This document shows positions 30,405 to 39,087 of a stretch of 64,000 bases of DNA, one piece after another (the stretch's first letter is position 1; the number at the start of each line of letters is the position of its first letter). Below the pieces are notes generated by a model. That model did no database searches and was not told the DNA's origin. It was given only the letters and a program-made list of their open reading frames with translations. Origin of the DNA: a virus; the IMG/VR virus record IMGVR_UViG_3300023700_000001. One strand, 5' to 3'. Position numbers and translations under genes: made by a program.

Positions 30405-31100
30405 ATGTCTCTACTTACTGTTGGAAATCCAAAGTTACTCAAAGGCGAAAAGAAGGGTTATTTGTCTTCTGTTCTCCACTTCGCTCCAGCTGATTTGTCT
30501 GGTAAAGAAGTCTGTCCGAAACGTACTGCTGGATGTACAGCTGCTTGTCTCAATACCGCTGGTCGTGGTGGTATTTTCAAGAAGGGTGAGACCACTAACG
30601 TGATTCAACAAGCACGTATTCGTAAGACTAAGGCATTTTTCGAGGATCGTGGTGCATTCTTGAATGAGTTGACAGAAGAGATTATCAAAACAATTAAGAA
30701 AGCTGAGAAGAAAGACCTGATTCCAGTATTTCGTTTGAATGGTACTTCTGACTTGGCATGGGAGAAGTATGAAGTGCGTGGTGGTAAGAACATTTTCCAG
30801 ATGTTTCCTGATGTTCAATTCTACGACTACACCAAAGTCAACAATCGTAAAGTTAGCCACATCCCTAACTATCACCTTACTTTCAGTAAGGCAGATGGCA
30901 ACGACATGGATGTACGTATTGCCCTTTCTAATGGAATGAACGTGGCTGCAGTTTTCCACGAAGTGCCTGAGACTTATCTTGGTCGTGAAGTTATCAATGG
31001 CGATGAGACAGACTTACGTTTCCTCGACCCAAAGGGTGTTATCGTTGGTTTGAAGGCTAAGGGTAAAGCTAAGAAAGACAAGACAGGTTTTGTAGTATGA
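30405..31100 (+). CDS. Gp88-family-like protein (function unknown)
   Basis: GNPKLLKGEKKGYLSSVLHFAP...CP...GCTAACLNTAGRG resembles phage Gp88-type proteins (from memory). Confidence 0.5.
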   Translation: MSLLTVGNPKLLKGEKKGYLSSVLHFAPADLSGKEVCPKRTAGCTAACLNTAGRGGIFKKGETTNVIQQARIRKTKAFFEDRGAFLNELTEEIIKTIKKAEKKDLIPVFRLNGTSDLAWEKYEVRGGKNIFQMFPDVQFYDYTKVNNRKVSHIPNYHLTFSKADGNDMDVRIALSNGMNVAAVFHEVPETYLGREVINGDETDLRFLDPKGVIVGLKAKGKAKKDKTGFVV

Positions 31101-31441
31101 TTTATTATTCCACCCCTAAGAAAACTAAGAAACGTAAACCCACTGCTAAACAGCGGGAATTGGATAAGTCTTGGTCTGACCTTCTTAAGAAGTATGAACC
31201 AAAGAAGCCTCTAGCAGCTGCTAAGGATGCTGGTCTTTCATACTCACTTGGTGCACCTGCTGGTCGGGAGACCCCTAAGCTGCCAAGTCGTTCAACTGCT
31301 GGAGGAAATGCCAGCTGGCGTCCCAATCCAGTCTATACAGGTGATAAAATAAAAGGTATTGGTACGATGCACAAGAGCAATGCTGTACCAGTATTCAGTG
31401 ATGAAGAAGCCCACGATATTGCAACAATGAGGAGAGGTTAA
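31097..31441 (+). CDS. hypothetical basic protein
   Basis: ORF track; ATGA overlap. Confidence 0.6.
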   Translation: MIYYSTPKKTKKRKPTAKQRELDKSWSDLLKKYEPKKPLAAAKDAGLSYSLGAPAGRETPKLPSRSTAGGNASWRPNPVYTGDKIKGIGTMHKSNAVPVFSDEEAHDIATMRRG

Positions 31442-31692
31442 TGGAACCGAAAAAACTTTTAAAGATTCGTTTGAAAGAAGATGGCACGTGGGAACATGTC
31501 TATGAACGTCATCAGAATGACATCTTTCAAGAACTCGATGAATTCCTTCTGAACGAACTCCAGAAACAGACTAGAATGTCTCGTCGAGAACGTATGCAAA
31601 AGAAGGCTGAAGATTACATTGAAGAAGCCTTAGAACTCTCTGACTATGAAGAGTCTAAGATCGTTCTCTCTCATATCATGAACCTGAAATAA
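31441..31692 (+). CDS. hypothetical protein
   Basis: ORF track; TAATG overlap. Confidence 0.6.
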   Translation: MEPKKLLKIRLKEDGTWEHVYERHQNDIFQELDEFLLNELQKQTRMSRRERMQKKAEDYIEEALELSDYEESKIVLSHIMNLK

Positions 31693-31695
31693 ACC

Positions 31696-31724
31696 TTGCC
31701 TTGCACCCTAAACTGGAGTATAAT
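31696..31724 (+). promoter_or_regulatory. sigma70-type promoter
   Basis: TTGCCT, 17-nt spacer, TATAAT. ATGs at 31725 and 31731, the latter being the 7th nt after the -10 box. Confidence 0.65.
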
Positions 31725-31730
31725 ATGAAT

Positions 31731-31949
31731 ATGGACTTGATTACTAAATACAACAACCTTCTCTCTGAGCGCATGAAGATGGATAAATTCTTCACTATGT
31801 TTTTGGATAAATTTGAACGTAAGATGGATCCCGAACGTACCGATACGCCTATCTGGAAACTATACAAACAAAAGCATAAAGAATATGGACAACTCTGTCA
31901 AGAAATCAGAAACACTAATTATTACATCCAGCGACAAGCCAATGTTTAA
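31731..31949 (+). CDS. hypothetical protein (candidate leaderless mRNA)
   Basis: Track ORF 31701..31949 starts inside the promoter. In-frame ATGs at 31725 and 31731. No SD. Confidence 0.5.
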   Translation: MDLITKYNNLLSERMKMDKFFTMFLDKFERKMDPERTDTPIWKLYKQKHKEYGQLCQEIRNTNYYIQRQANV

Positions 31950-32157
31950 GACAGCGAACGAATTTTCACTACATATTGAATCAATTGTAAAGGATAAGCG
32001 TATAAGTTATATGGACGCTGTGCTTTATTACTGCAAAGAAAACTACTTGGAACCTGCGGACGTTGCATCACTTATCAATAAATCATTAAAAGATAAGATC
32101 GAGATGGATTTCCGTGAGTTGAATTACTTACCCAAACAGGCTAAATTAGACGTGTGA
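31942..32157 (+). CDS. gp33: late promoter transcription accessory protein gp33-like
   Basis: FSLHIESIV..ISYMDAVLYYCKENYLEPADVASLINKSLKDKIE parallels the T4 gp33 core. Lies immediately upstream of gp59 and gp32, as in T4. Trimmed from the track ORF (8-nt overlap). Confidence 0.6.
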   Translation: MFKTANEFSLHIESIVKDKRISYMDAVLYYCKENYLEPADVASLINKSLKDKIEMDFRELNYLPKQAKLDV

Positions 32158-32161
32158 TTAT

Positions 32162-32773
32162 ATGGATGGCTTTAAAGCATACCGTTATTACCTAGCAATC
32201 AAACTGCACTTTACCACTGAAAAATTTAACGTCTTCGAGAATCGAGGAAACGTTAAGGGTACTCGTGATGCGTTCAATGCTAGGAATGATAGATATATTT
32301 TTGAGAAACTTGCTAAGAAGTTTGACACCGACAAAGACATAATTCAGTTCTTTGTTGCAAACTTTGCGTATGGAAACGAGAGTGCAATTTACGAAGGACG
32401 AGAGGCTGATTCCAATCTGACTCTTTGGAATAAACGTAAACAATCAATTACTCAAATTTTCGTAGACGACTTAGCTAAGATGCTAACATACATCGAAGTT
32501 AATAAGCTAACACCTGCATCTCTTTTCACCTTTGTCGACGATGAATACCCAGTCGCGTTAAAATTATTCATCGGTGGACAGATAAGTATTGAGACACTTA
32601 GAATCATAGACGACAGACATCCAATCATTCAACCTTGGAGTACAAATACTACTGTCCAGAATATCTGGAGTAGCGAATTGCTTCGAGTTAAAAAATTGAC
32701 TGGGTTTGTTAAATACGATAAAATTAAGATGAAAATGATTTTTACACACTTCATGGAAGAAATTGCAGAGTAA
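32162..32773 (+). CDS. gp59: helicase loader gp59-like
   Basis: YRYYLAIKLHF...FNARNDRYIFEKLAKKF parallels T4 gp59 (YKLYLMIKQHM...YQKRRDKYFFQKLSEKY). Adjacent to gp32. Confidence 0.7.
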   Translation: MDGFKAYRYYLAIKLHFTTEKFNVFENRGNVKGTRDAFNARNDRYIFEKLAKKFDTDKDIIQFFVANFAYGNESAIYEGREADSNLTLWNKRKQSITQIFVDDLAKMLTYIEVNKLTPASLFTFVDDEYPVALKLFIGGQISIETLRIIDDRHPIIQPWSTNTTVQNIWSSELLRVKKLTGFVKYDKIKMKMIFTHFMEEIAE

Positions 32774-32777
32774 TACG

Positions 32778-32993
32778 ATGGGCAAGACTTATACACAGTC
32801 GAAGAAATTCGACGATGAATCTAGTGGGCGTTCAGGGAAACATGCTAGACATGCTAGTGGTCGAAAGACTGGTGGTATGAGAACGCTAAATAGTTATGTT
32901 GAAGAAGATTATGATATCAACGACGAAGATTTCGACGATGAGTTTGAACTAGATGATCAGATTTCAATACAACACAATACTAATACAAAGTAA
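32778..32993 (+). CDS. hypothetical protein (basic N-terminus, acidic C-terminus)
   Basis: Track ORF trimmed to the ATG at 32778. Confidence 0.55.
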   Translation: MGKTYTQSKKFDDESSGRSGKHARHASGRKTGGMRTLNSYVEEDYDINDEDFDDEFELDDQISIQHNTNTK

Positions 32994-33009
32994 ATACTAA
33001 GGAAAATAT

Positions 33010-33918
33010 ATGGATATTCAAAAACTACGTGCTATGCGCAACTCTGACTTCGGTGCAATCTCTAACGCATTCGAAAAAGTAGCAAACCCACAAACTGAAA
33101 CCAAGTCATACAACGACGATCGCTTCTGGCGTCTCGAAGGTGACAAAGCTGGCAATGGTACTGCCACTTTGCGTTTCCTACCACGTGTTGAAGGCGATGA
33201 ACTCCCATGGGTTCGTATCTTCTCTCATGGTTTCCAAGGTCCAACTGGTAAATGGTACATCGAAAACTCTCTGACCACTCTTGGTGAGAATGACCCTGTC
33301 GGTGAACTGAATACTACGCTATGGAACTCTGGTTCTGAAGCCAACAAAGAAATTGCACGTAAACAAAAGCGTAAGCTGAGTTTCACTGCTAACGTCTTGG
33401 TTGTGTCTGATCCAAAGCACCCAGAAAACGAAGGTAAAGTCTTCTTGTTCAAGTTCGGTAAAAAGATCTTCGACAAGATTATGGACAAAGCACGTCCAAC
33501 TTTCGAGGACGAGAAGCCAGTCAACGTGTTTGATTTGTGGGAAGGTGCCAACTTCAAGATGCGTATGCGTAAGAAGGATGGTTATGCTAACTATGACGAA
33601 TCTGCTTTCATGGAGCCTTCTGCCATCACCGATGACGAAGACAAACTGTTAGCAATTGTCAATGCTCAGCACAAGCTGTCTGAATTCACTGATCGTAAGA
33701 ACTTCAAGTCTTATGATGAGTTGAAGAAGAAGCTGAATGAAGTTTTGTCTGGTGATTCTTTTGCACCTAAGAGTGCAGCTGAAATTGCTGATGAACCACG
33801 TTCTGCGCCAGCACCTGCTTTCACTGCGAAAGCTGCACCACAACCAGCATCAGTCTCTAACCAAGACGATGACGAAGATGTGATGTCTTATTTCCAGAAA
33901 ATCGCCAACGACGATTAA
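33010..33918 (+). CDS. gp32: ssDNA-binding protein gp32-like
   Basis: LRFLP...PWVRIFSHGF..GKWYIENS core as in T4 gp32. Acidic tail DDDEDVMSYFQKIANDD. Contains no Cys at all. Confidence 0.8.
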   Translation: MDIQKLRAMRNSDFGAISNAFEKVANPQTETKSYNDDRFWRLEGDKAGNGTATLRFLPRVEGDELPWVRIFSHGFQGPTGKWYIENSLTTLGENDPVGELNTTLWNSGSEANKEIARKQKRKLSFTANVLVVSDPKHPENEGKVFLFKFGKKIFDKIMDKARPTFEDEKPVNVFDLWEGANFKMRMRKKDGYANYDESAFMEPSAITDDEDKLLAIVNAQHKLSEFTDRKNFKSYDELKKKLNEVLSGDSFAPKSAAEIADEPRSAPAPAFTAKAAPQPASVSNQDDDEDVMSYFQKIANDD

Positions 33919-33940
33919 TCACTTCTGTGAAATGATTAAT

Positions 33941-33963
33941 GGGAGCGCAAGGCTCCCTTTTTT
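33941..33963. terminator. bidirectional terminator between convergent genes
   Basis: GGGAGC-gcaag-GCTCCC followed by TTTTTT. Lies between gp32 (+) and the tape-measure gene (-). Confidence 0.7.
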
Positions 33964-35551
33964 ATGCCTGTCGTAAAAGACTGTCTTGATACCTATTGAC
34001 AGATGAATCCTGATTTCGAATCGGTGCTCGAATAATCTGGTTCTGAGTAGTGTTATTATTAACTGGCGCATTGACCACGTTAGTGCTACTCTTCTGAGCT
34101 TCTGGCAATGCAGCACCTGCGTTATCAGCAGACTTCTGTTCAACAGTAGAAGCAGAAGTTGGAGAAGGTGCTTCTGCTCCACCACCAGTACTCTTTGGTG
34201 CCATATCAGAGAACGGATAGTATGGACCAATGCTAACTTTACCAGTTAACTTTGTATCGATAAGAGTGATTTCTGGAATGCCGATCTTCGATAACATCGA
34301 CATAAAACCATCTTTCATATAACTGAAGAAATCAAGCACAGGTTTAACTACATGGTCATTAATCCATCCAGCCATATCACCGATAACTTCTTTGATAGAA
34401 TCTTTATCGAATAGACCGAAGGTTAAGAAGTCCACGATACCTGCAAGACCAGCAATAAGTGCTTTACCGATATCCCCTGTTTCCATATACTCAGTGAAGC
34501 CATCCATAATGCCTTCAAATAGAGCACCAACGATCATACCAATGGCGAATACCTTACCTAGAGACTTTAGGATGTTCTTTGGACTAAACATAGTCTTCAG
34601 AGACTTCATAAAACCTTCACCGAGTAAGCTGGTAATCATATCCATTAGACCGCCACCAGTACCTTCAGCTTTAGTTAGTTTAATCTTCTCAGCCTTCTCA
34701 CCACGAGTATTTTCTTCAATCTTAGTTAGAACCTCTGCCATCTCTTGTTGAGTTTTGGCAGCTTCCATCTGTGACTCTTGATTCTGAGTTGCATCAGCAG
34801 CAGTCTGTGTTGGAGTAGCATTTGGATTGACAGACATAACTGGAGTTGGACTAAACACGTCAGTGCCAACGTCAGTAGAACCATACGTATCTGTTAATTT
34901 GTTACGTTTTTCCAATAGCGCAGCACCCTTAACGTTACCTGCCATTTGTTCTTCTGATAGACCAGTAGTCTTTCTAAACTTTTGAATCTCTGCATCATGG
35001 GCTTTGATTTGTTTAGATGTTTGATATGCTTTCTCAGCATTTGCGTCACTTGCATCACCACCAAGAGCGCGTTGTCTTTCTTTAAACTTGCTCTTCTCGA
35101 TAGCTTTGTTAAAGACACCACCAACGTTTAGAGCACCCATAACAGTGCGACCTAACCCACCGCCAAGACCTCCACTAAGTTTTTCTTTGATGCCTTCTTT
35201 CTTTTGTTTGAAAGATTCACCTAACTGTTGGAATACGTTACCTTGTGTATCCATTAGTTTAGCCATCTCAGCAATGTGAGCAGACTCAATACGCCACTCA
35301 CGTTCGTAGTCTTCTTGCTGTTTGGCTCTGCGCTTAGTAGTCTTTAGTTGATCTTCAAGAGTTTCTAGAATTCTTTGTTGGAAATCATCTGAACCACCAG
35401 AAGTCATCTGTTTAGTTTTCTCTTGATGTTGAGATAACTCCATCAATTTCTTAATGGAAACAGTCTCCACTAGTGCCAGTTCTTGAACTGCCAGCAGTGT
35501 TTTGAATTCACTGGAACTCACATTGACAACGTAGTTGGTGTTTTTTGCCAT
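33962..35551 (-). CDS. tail tape-measure / hub protein (gp29-like role)
   Basis: 529 aa. Coiled-coil N-terminal half, Gly-rich and hydrophobic segments. Positioned in the hub gene cluster. Confidence 0.55.
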   Translation of the reverse strand: MAKNTNYVVNVSSSEFKTLLAVQELALVETVSIKKLMELSQHQEKTKQMTSGGSDDFQQRILETLEDQLKTTKRRAKQQEDYEREWRIESAHIAEMAKLMDTQGNVFQQLGESFKQKKEGIKEKLSGGLGGGLGRTVMGALNVGGVFNKAIEKSKFKERQRALGGDASDANAEKAYQTSKQIKAHDAEIQKFRKTTGLSEEQMAGNVKGAALLEKRNKLTDTYGSTDVGTDVFSPTPVMSVNPNATPTQTAADATQNQESQMEAAKTQQEMAEVLTKIEENTRGEKAEKIKLTKAEGTGGGLMDMITSLLGEGFMKSLKTMFSPKNILKSLGKVFAIGMIVGALFEGIMDGFTEYMETGDIGKALIAGLAGIVDFLTFGLFDKDSIKEVIGDMAGWINDHVVKPVLDFFSYMKDGFMSMLSKIGIPEITLIDTKLTGKVSIGPYYPFSDMAPKSTGGGAEAPSPTSASTVEQKSADNAGAALPEAQKSSTNVVNAPVNNNTTQNQIIRAPIRNQDSSVNRYQDSLLRQA

Positions 35552-35553
35552 CT

Positions 35554-35697
35554 TTATCTCTTCTTAGATTCTATTCTTTGCTTTTCTTCTTCTAGATACT
35601 GTATCAACATGTGTACATAAATTTCACGCTCAAAGGGAATCATCGTTTCCAAATCATCCAAAGAATACTTGTGGTACTGCATCAGAGCGAAGTTCAT
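35554..35697 (-). CDS. small conserved protein, 47 aa (possible hub assembly factor)
   Basis: Track ORF 35554..35796 trimmed to the ATG at 35697. Motif LDDLETMIPFEREIYVHML. Assignment is weak. Confidence 0.4.
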   Translation of the reverse strand: MNFALMQYHKYSLDDLETMIPFEREIYVHMLIQYLEEEKQRIESKKR

Positions 35698-35735
35698 CTT
35701 ATAGAAATTTACTAAACTCTCATGACACAGGTTTA

Positions 35736-36458
35736 TTAAAAAAAACTTTGCATGCCCTCCAGGGCTGCTGTGTGGTGTTTGCCACAAATAGGACAATCAT
35801 ACTCAACCACTTTTTTAATCTTAGGCATAGTGGTAAAGAATGTTTGTAGATTCTTAAATTGGTCAGAAGTCAGATTACCAAGAAACTGGAGAATGTCTTC
35901 TTTACTTTGTTCAGATGCATAGTGAAGATCATCACCTTGATAGATCAGTTCAACACACTCAGCGATAACATCGAAAATAGCATCAATGTTTTCTGTATCT
36001 AATTCTTCTAGACGCGCAAGAACTCGCATAGAAGGATATCTCATCACAATACCAACATCATCAAACAATTGGATTTTGTTAGTATGACCTTCTGGAAACT
36101 CTACTTCTAGTTTAGAGATATCAATCGAGATCTTTACCTTAGCTTTATCGTTCTCAGCCCCATGGTCAACATCGCATGGGAACAAAAGTTCAACGACCTC
36201 ACCGACTGACTTAGCGCGAATCTGAGTAAAGATATACTCAATGTCGAACATTGCTAATTTCTCTACATCAATCTTATCGAGAACACATCCCTTAATAACA
36301 TTCTTAAGAGTATCGACCATAACGTTTAGGTCTTCTGATTGTTGAGCGATAAGAAGAGCCTTCTCTTCTTTCACTAGGAATGGTCGATATTTTACATTCA
36401 CTCCGCTAGATGGCACCTTCAAATTATATGTTGGTGTTGCTGCTACTGGTAAAGCCAT
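35736..36458 (-). CDS. gp26: baseplate hub subunit gp26-like
   Basis: N-terminal KYRPFLVKEEKALL and FDIEYIFTQIRAKSVGE. C-terminal C-x2-C and a GMQSFF end, as recalled for T4-type gp26. Confidence 0.55.
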   Translation of the reverse strand: MALPVAATPTYNLKVPSSGVNVKYRPFLVKEEKALLIAQQSEDLNVMVDTLKNVIKGCVLDKIDVEKLAMFDIEYIFTQIRAKSVGEVVELLFPCDVDHGAENDKAKVKISIDISKLEVEFPEGHTNKIQLFDDVGIVMRYPSMRVLARLEELDTENIDAIFDVIAECVELIYQGDDLHYASEQSKEDILQFLGNLTSDQFKNLQTFFTTMPKIKKVVEYDCPICGKHHTAALEGMQSFF

Positions 36459-36460
36459 GA

Positions 36461-36877
36461 TTATTCTCCTTGCATCTTCTTGATCATTTTGTTTAATTCA
36501 GCAGTGCTACCCACGAAGATAGCATTGTTGGTCACTTTATCACCGCCAGTTTTAGTAACACCCTTTGGTGCGTCTAGCTTGGCTTTTTGCTGGTGGATGT
36601 CCATCAATTGTTGGTTCACATCAGCTAGTTGTTTCATTAAGTTACCCACCACCTCGAAGGCACGTGGGTGTTCAGATTGTTTCGCTACCTCTAACGCATG
36701 CGTTAACGCAGCCTGTCCAGTAGACAATAACTCACGAAGATTGTTTCGAGTGACATCGTAGTCATTCTCAATTCTATCATTAGACTCAGGAATAACCTCG
36801 CCGTCTTTCGTAATCACTTCAGTCTTCGACATCGGAGCGACATCGAAGATTTCTGACAAAGAATCATCAAGTTTCAT
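36461..36877 (-). CDS. gp16: terminase small subunit gp16-like
   Basis: NDYDVTRNNL, SEHPRAFEVVGNLMKQLADVNQQLMDIHQQK and NNAIFVGSTAELNKMI parallel T4 gp16 (DDYGVVRRNM, SPRHMEVFATLMGQM..., NATVFMGSPTELMDEI). Confidence 0.7.
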   Translation of the reverse strand: MKLDDSLSEIFDVAPMSKTEVITKDGEVIPESNDRIENDYDVTRNNLRELLSTGQAALTHALEVAKQSEHPRAFEVVGNLMKQLADVNQQLMDIHQQKAKLDAPKGVTKTGGDKVTNNAIFVGSTAELNKMIKKMQGE

Positions 36878-36882
36878 ATTGT

Positions 36883-37332
36883 TTAGTCGTTTCTAGTGTT
36901 TCTAGTTGGTGGGTCACTTGGATCAAGTCCGAGTGGCGCTGCTGCAACTGGGGTTGGGGTTGAAAGTACTGGTTTTGGAATCGGGCTTGGTGCTGCTGGC
37001 GCAAAGCTAGGAACTGGAGAGATGCTTGTTGGTGTGTTGGCTCCGCCATTATTTGCTCCTGCTAGTTTTTCTTGAGTACGACCCATTGCTGCGATACCTA
37101 GAACAGCACCCATTGCTACGTGGAACAAACCTGCACCTTGTAGAGTTAGTGGTTGCCATTGTGTGATTGGCTGCTTCAAAATCGTCTGTGCAAGACTCCA
37201 TAGAATAGGGAACAACATAAAGTCAGCTGTACAAATAGCCATGTACATCCAACCCATCATTGGACGCCACTTGGAGTTCATCCAATCTTCTTTTTTCTGT
37301 TCGCTGTCGCTTAGTTTTGTTTCTTCTGCCAT
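36883..37332 (-). CDS. 3TM holin (GTA-type holin family)
   Basis: KWRPMMGWMYM...FPILW...GAVLGIAAMGRTQEK pattern. Pro-rich tail. Start moved to the ATG at 37332, preceded by AGGTGG. Confidence 0.5.
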   Translation of the reverse strand: MAEETKLSDSEQKKEDWMNSKWRPMMGWMYMAICTADFMLFPILWSLAQTILKQPITQWQPLTLQGAGLFHVAMGAVLGIAAMGRTQEKLAGANNGGANTPTSISPVPSFAPAAPSPIPKPVLSTPTPVAAAPLGLDPSDPPTRNTRND

Positions 37333-37343
37333 AGATGCCACCT

Positions 37344-38018
37344 TTAGAATTTTAGTTTTGATGTAAAGCCTGAAATTTTTGATTGCAGTGCAGGCAACTT
37401 TGTCACTGCATAGGCACCAGCAGTGCCAATAGCGAAGTTCATCAGCTTATCTGTAAATGCATTCTTTGGTAAGCCTTGAGCTAATTCCGTTGGAGGAATA
37501 ATAGAAGTCTCGAACCACTTGTACGCCATAGAAACTGATAATTTCATAATGTCTTTAGACGCATAATCTAGTTGAACTGCACCGATGCTCTTTGGATAGC
37601 ACTCGTGGAGTTTTACCCAATATGTTTTCTTATCCTGAAGGTCATGTATCTCGATAGAAATATCTGTTACATACTCATCATAATAGTTGAATGAGCGAGT
37701 CTCTGGATTGTAGATTGAATTGTTCCACGCATCGAACAGTTGTTTAACCTGCATGTCTTTATCAAGATAGAAAGACAGGTTGATGTGTTCGTACAATTTC
37801 TCATATGGCGTTTCTCTGAATTCACCGAATGACCTGTTCTGTGCTGTAGAGAAATTAGTACCTGGAAGCTGTATCTGGTCACAAAACATTAGAGCAGTCT
37901 GAACCGCATTAGGATTAAACGTCAATCCTTTTGGTAGAGAGAATACGACTGCATAACGGTTAGATCTAGCTAATCCGTTACTCTTTACAGCTGCTGTAAA
38001 TTCTTTGATAGTTGCCAT
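37344..38018 (-). CDS. tail-tube family protein (gp19 fold; gp54-like tube initiator)
   Basis: GLARSNRYAVVF...CDQIQLPG...ECYPKSIG...SMAYKWF, the pattern of T4 gp19/gp54-type proteins. Confidence 0.55.
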   Translation of the reverse strand: MATIKEFTAAVKSNGLARSNRYAVVFSLPKGLTFNPNAVQTALMFCDQIQLPGTNFSTAQNRSFGEFRETPYEKLYEHINLSFYLDKDMQVKQLFDAWNNSIYNPETRSFNYYDEYVTDISIEIHDLQDKKTYWVKLHECYPKSIGAVQLDYASKDIMKLSVSMAYKWFETSIIPPTELAQGLPKNAFTDKLMNFAIGTAGAYAVTKLPALQSKISGFTSKLKF

Positions 38019-38620
38019 TATACTTTTCTAATCTTTTTTCTAGAGTCTTCCCAGACTTTCTGCTTGCTTGCACCAACGAATTGTTCGACAGGTAGTAGCA
38101 TAGCAGTAGCCCAGTCGCTGGAATCGACTTTTCTAAATTGGCTTCTTATGTGTCCATTCAGATATTGTTTAACGCATGGTTGGGCTGCTTTGAATTTGGA
38201 GATACCATCAATCATAGCCCAAGAATATTTTAGTCTAGTAGTTTCATCTAGTCTAGAGTTGTTCTTGAACATTAGAAGATTATCTAGAAGCTGCATACGA
38301 AGAACGTATGGCAAGTAGTGCATATTCAGTCCATAAAACCCATCAGCTGTTTTTCTGAATGGGAATACTAGAGGGAATCTGTCATAGTATGGAAGATCTT
38401 CTTTAGTCTTCGCATCATATGCGTACATGTACAAATTTCCTGGGATTAGTGTAGTGGTGAGTTTACTCACATCACCGTTAAGCACTTTCTTTGGGGTGTA
38501 CTGTTGCTTCGCCATTTCGGCGACTTGTTTGTCAAACCAACCTCTAGATCTCTTAACAGCTGTTAGTAGATCGTATTGGTTGCGTTCGAAGACGTCTTGC
38601 ATTGGTGGTTTTTTAGCCAT
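38018..38620 (-). CDS. DNA end protector gp2-like
   Basis: PGNLYMYAYDAKTKEDLPYYDRFPLVFP...GFYGLNMHYLP motif (from memory). Position next to gp4, as in T4. Confidence 0.45.
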   Translation of the reverse strand: MAKKPPMQDVFERNQYDLLTAVKRSRGWFDKQVAEMAKQQYTPKKVLNGDVSKLTTTLIPGNLYMYAYDAKTKEDLPYYDRFPLVFPFRKTADGFYGLNMHYLPYVLRMQLLDNLLMFKNNSRLDETTRLKYSWAMIDGISKFKAAQPCVKQYLNGHIRSQFRKVDSSDWATAMLLPVEQFVGASKQKVWEDSRKKIRKV

Positions 38621-38624
38621 AATC

Positions 38625-39071
38625 TTATTTAGGCTTCTTCAGCCCAAGTTCATACTCAGTGATAATCTTAAATTCCCACTTACGATCGAGACAGTACTGT
38701 TTAGCAGCCTCCCACTTCGCTTGGTTTTTGATGTATGTATAGGATTCTGTGAGATACTTCTTAGTATTTCGACCTGGATACACAGGTGGTTGGCACTGCT
38801 GGGCTGGTTTAACCTCAACGAGATAGGTCTTTAGCGTATCGCCTGTAGTTGCTACCTGAATCTTAAAGTCCACGAAATAGCGATGGATCTTGTTATCTGT
38901 TGGACAGCGATATGGTATGACTGTCTCTTCTGAACTCCACTTAATTACTTTAGGGTTCTTATCACACCAATTTGCAAATTGTGTTTCCCACGAAGACCTC
39001 ATAATGATGTTTGATGGGTCTCCAGTGTACTTTTCTGCAAAGACTGGAACGAACTTTCTTTTATGGAACAT
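38625..39071 (-). CDS. gp4: head completion nuclease gp4-like
   Basis: RSSWE...NPKVIKWSSEETVIPY...HRYFVDF...LVEVKP, a PD-(D/E)XK-like pattern of T4 gp4 homologues. Confidence 0.7.
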   Translation of the reverse strand: MFHKRKFVPVFAEKYTGDPSNIIMRSSWETQFANWCDKNPKVIKWSSEETVIPYRCPTDNKIHRYFVDFKIQVATTGDTLKTYLVEVKPAQQCQPPVYPGRNTKKYLTESYTYIKNQAKWEAAKQYCLDRKWEFKIITEYELGLKKPK

Positions 39072-39087
39072 AAATAACTAATTAGGG

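Noticed and set aside
30435-30959. 174-aa minus-strand ORF
   Set aside because: It is antisense to the Gp88-like gene that follows a cassette promoter and leader.
34392-35279. + strand ORFs 34392..34751 and 35088..35279 inside the tape-measure gene
   Set aside because: They are Pro/Ser-rich shadow frames opposite a long, coherent minus-strand ORF.
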